The notes beneath the pieces are model-generated. The model saw only the letters and a program-made list of their open reading frames with translations, did not search any database and had not been told where the DNA came from. From assembly GCF_009914755.1 (NCBI RefSeq), contig NC_060947.1: 64,000 nt of DNA; one strand, 5' to 3'. Shown one piece after another: positions 63,965 to 64,000 of the stretch; within the stretch, counting starts at the first letter, position 1; every line of letters begins with the position of its first letter. The DNA comes from the human T2T-CHM13v2.0 reference genome, Homo sapiens. Both the position numbers and the translations under genes were made by a program.

Positions 63965-64000
63965 TTATTCTTATGCCAATGGATTTTTCCAACAGGGAGA

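Overview
Repeat-dense human genomic DNA; a near-consensus AluYa5 at 25524-25830 points to Homo sapiens. I see no intact protein-coding gene. Nearly all listed ORFs are Alu-, L1- or LTR-derived or low-complexity artefacts. The only gene-derived sequence is a decayed, intron-less PTP4A1 (PRL-1) processed pseudogene on the minus strand (CDS remnant 47976-48489, plus UTR-like flanks). The rest is mostly mobile elements: MER52 and LTR13 solo LTRs with clean TSDs, a deleted MER61-like provirus, MaLR LTRs, about 20 Alus, many L1/L2/MIR fragments, an internally deleted full-length-type L1, and a 1.4-kb AT-rich array. The main structure a standard repeat annotation would not explain is an ancient, diverged head-to-tail tandem duplication of a multi-kb mosaic unit (three copies plus a partial fourth, ~2.2-21.2 kb). 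There are also several local duplications and short palindromes that look like template-switch products. I found no evidence for a new functional biological system. Family names come from recalled consensus sequences, not from a search, and boundaries without TSDs are approximate.
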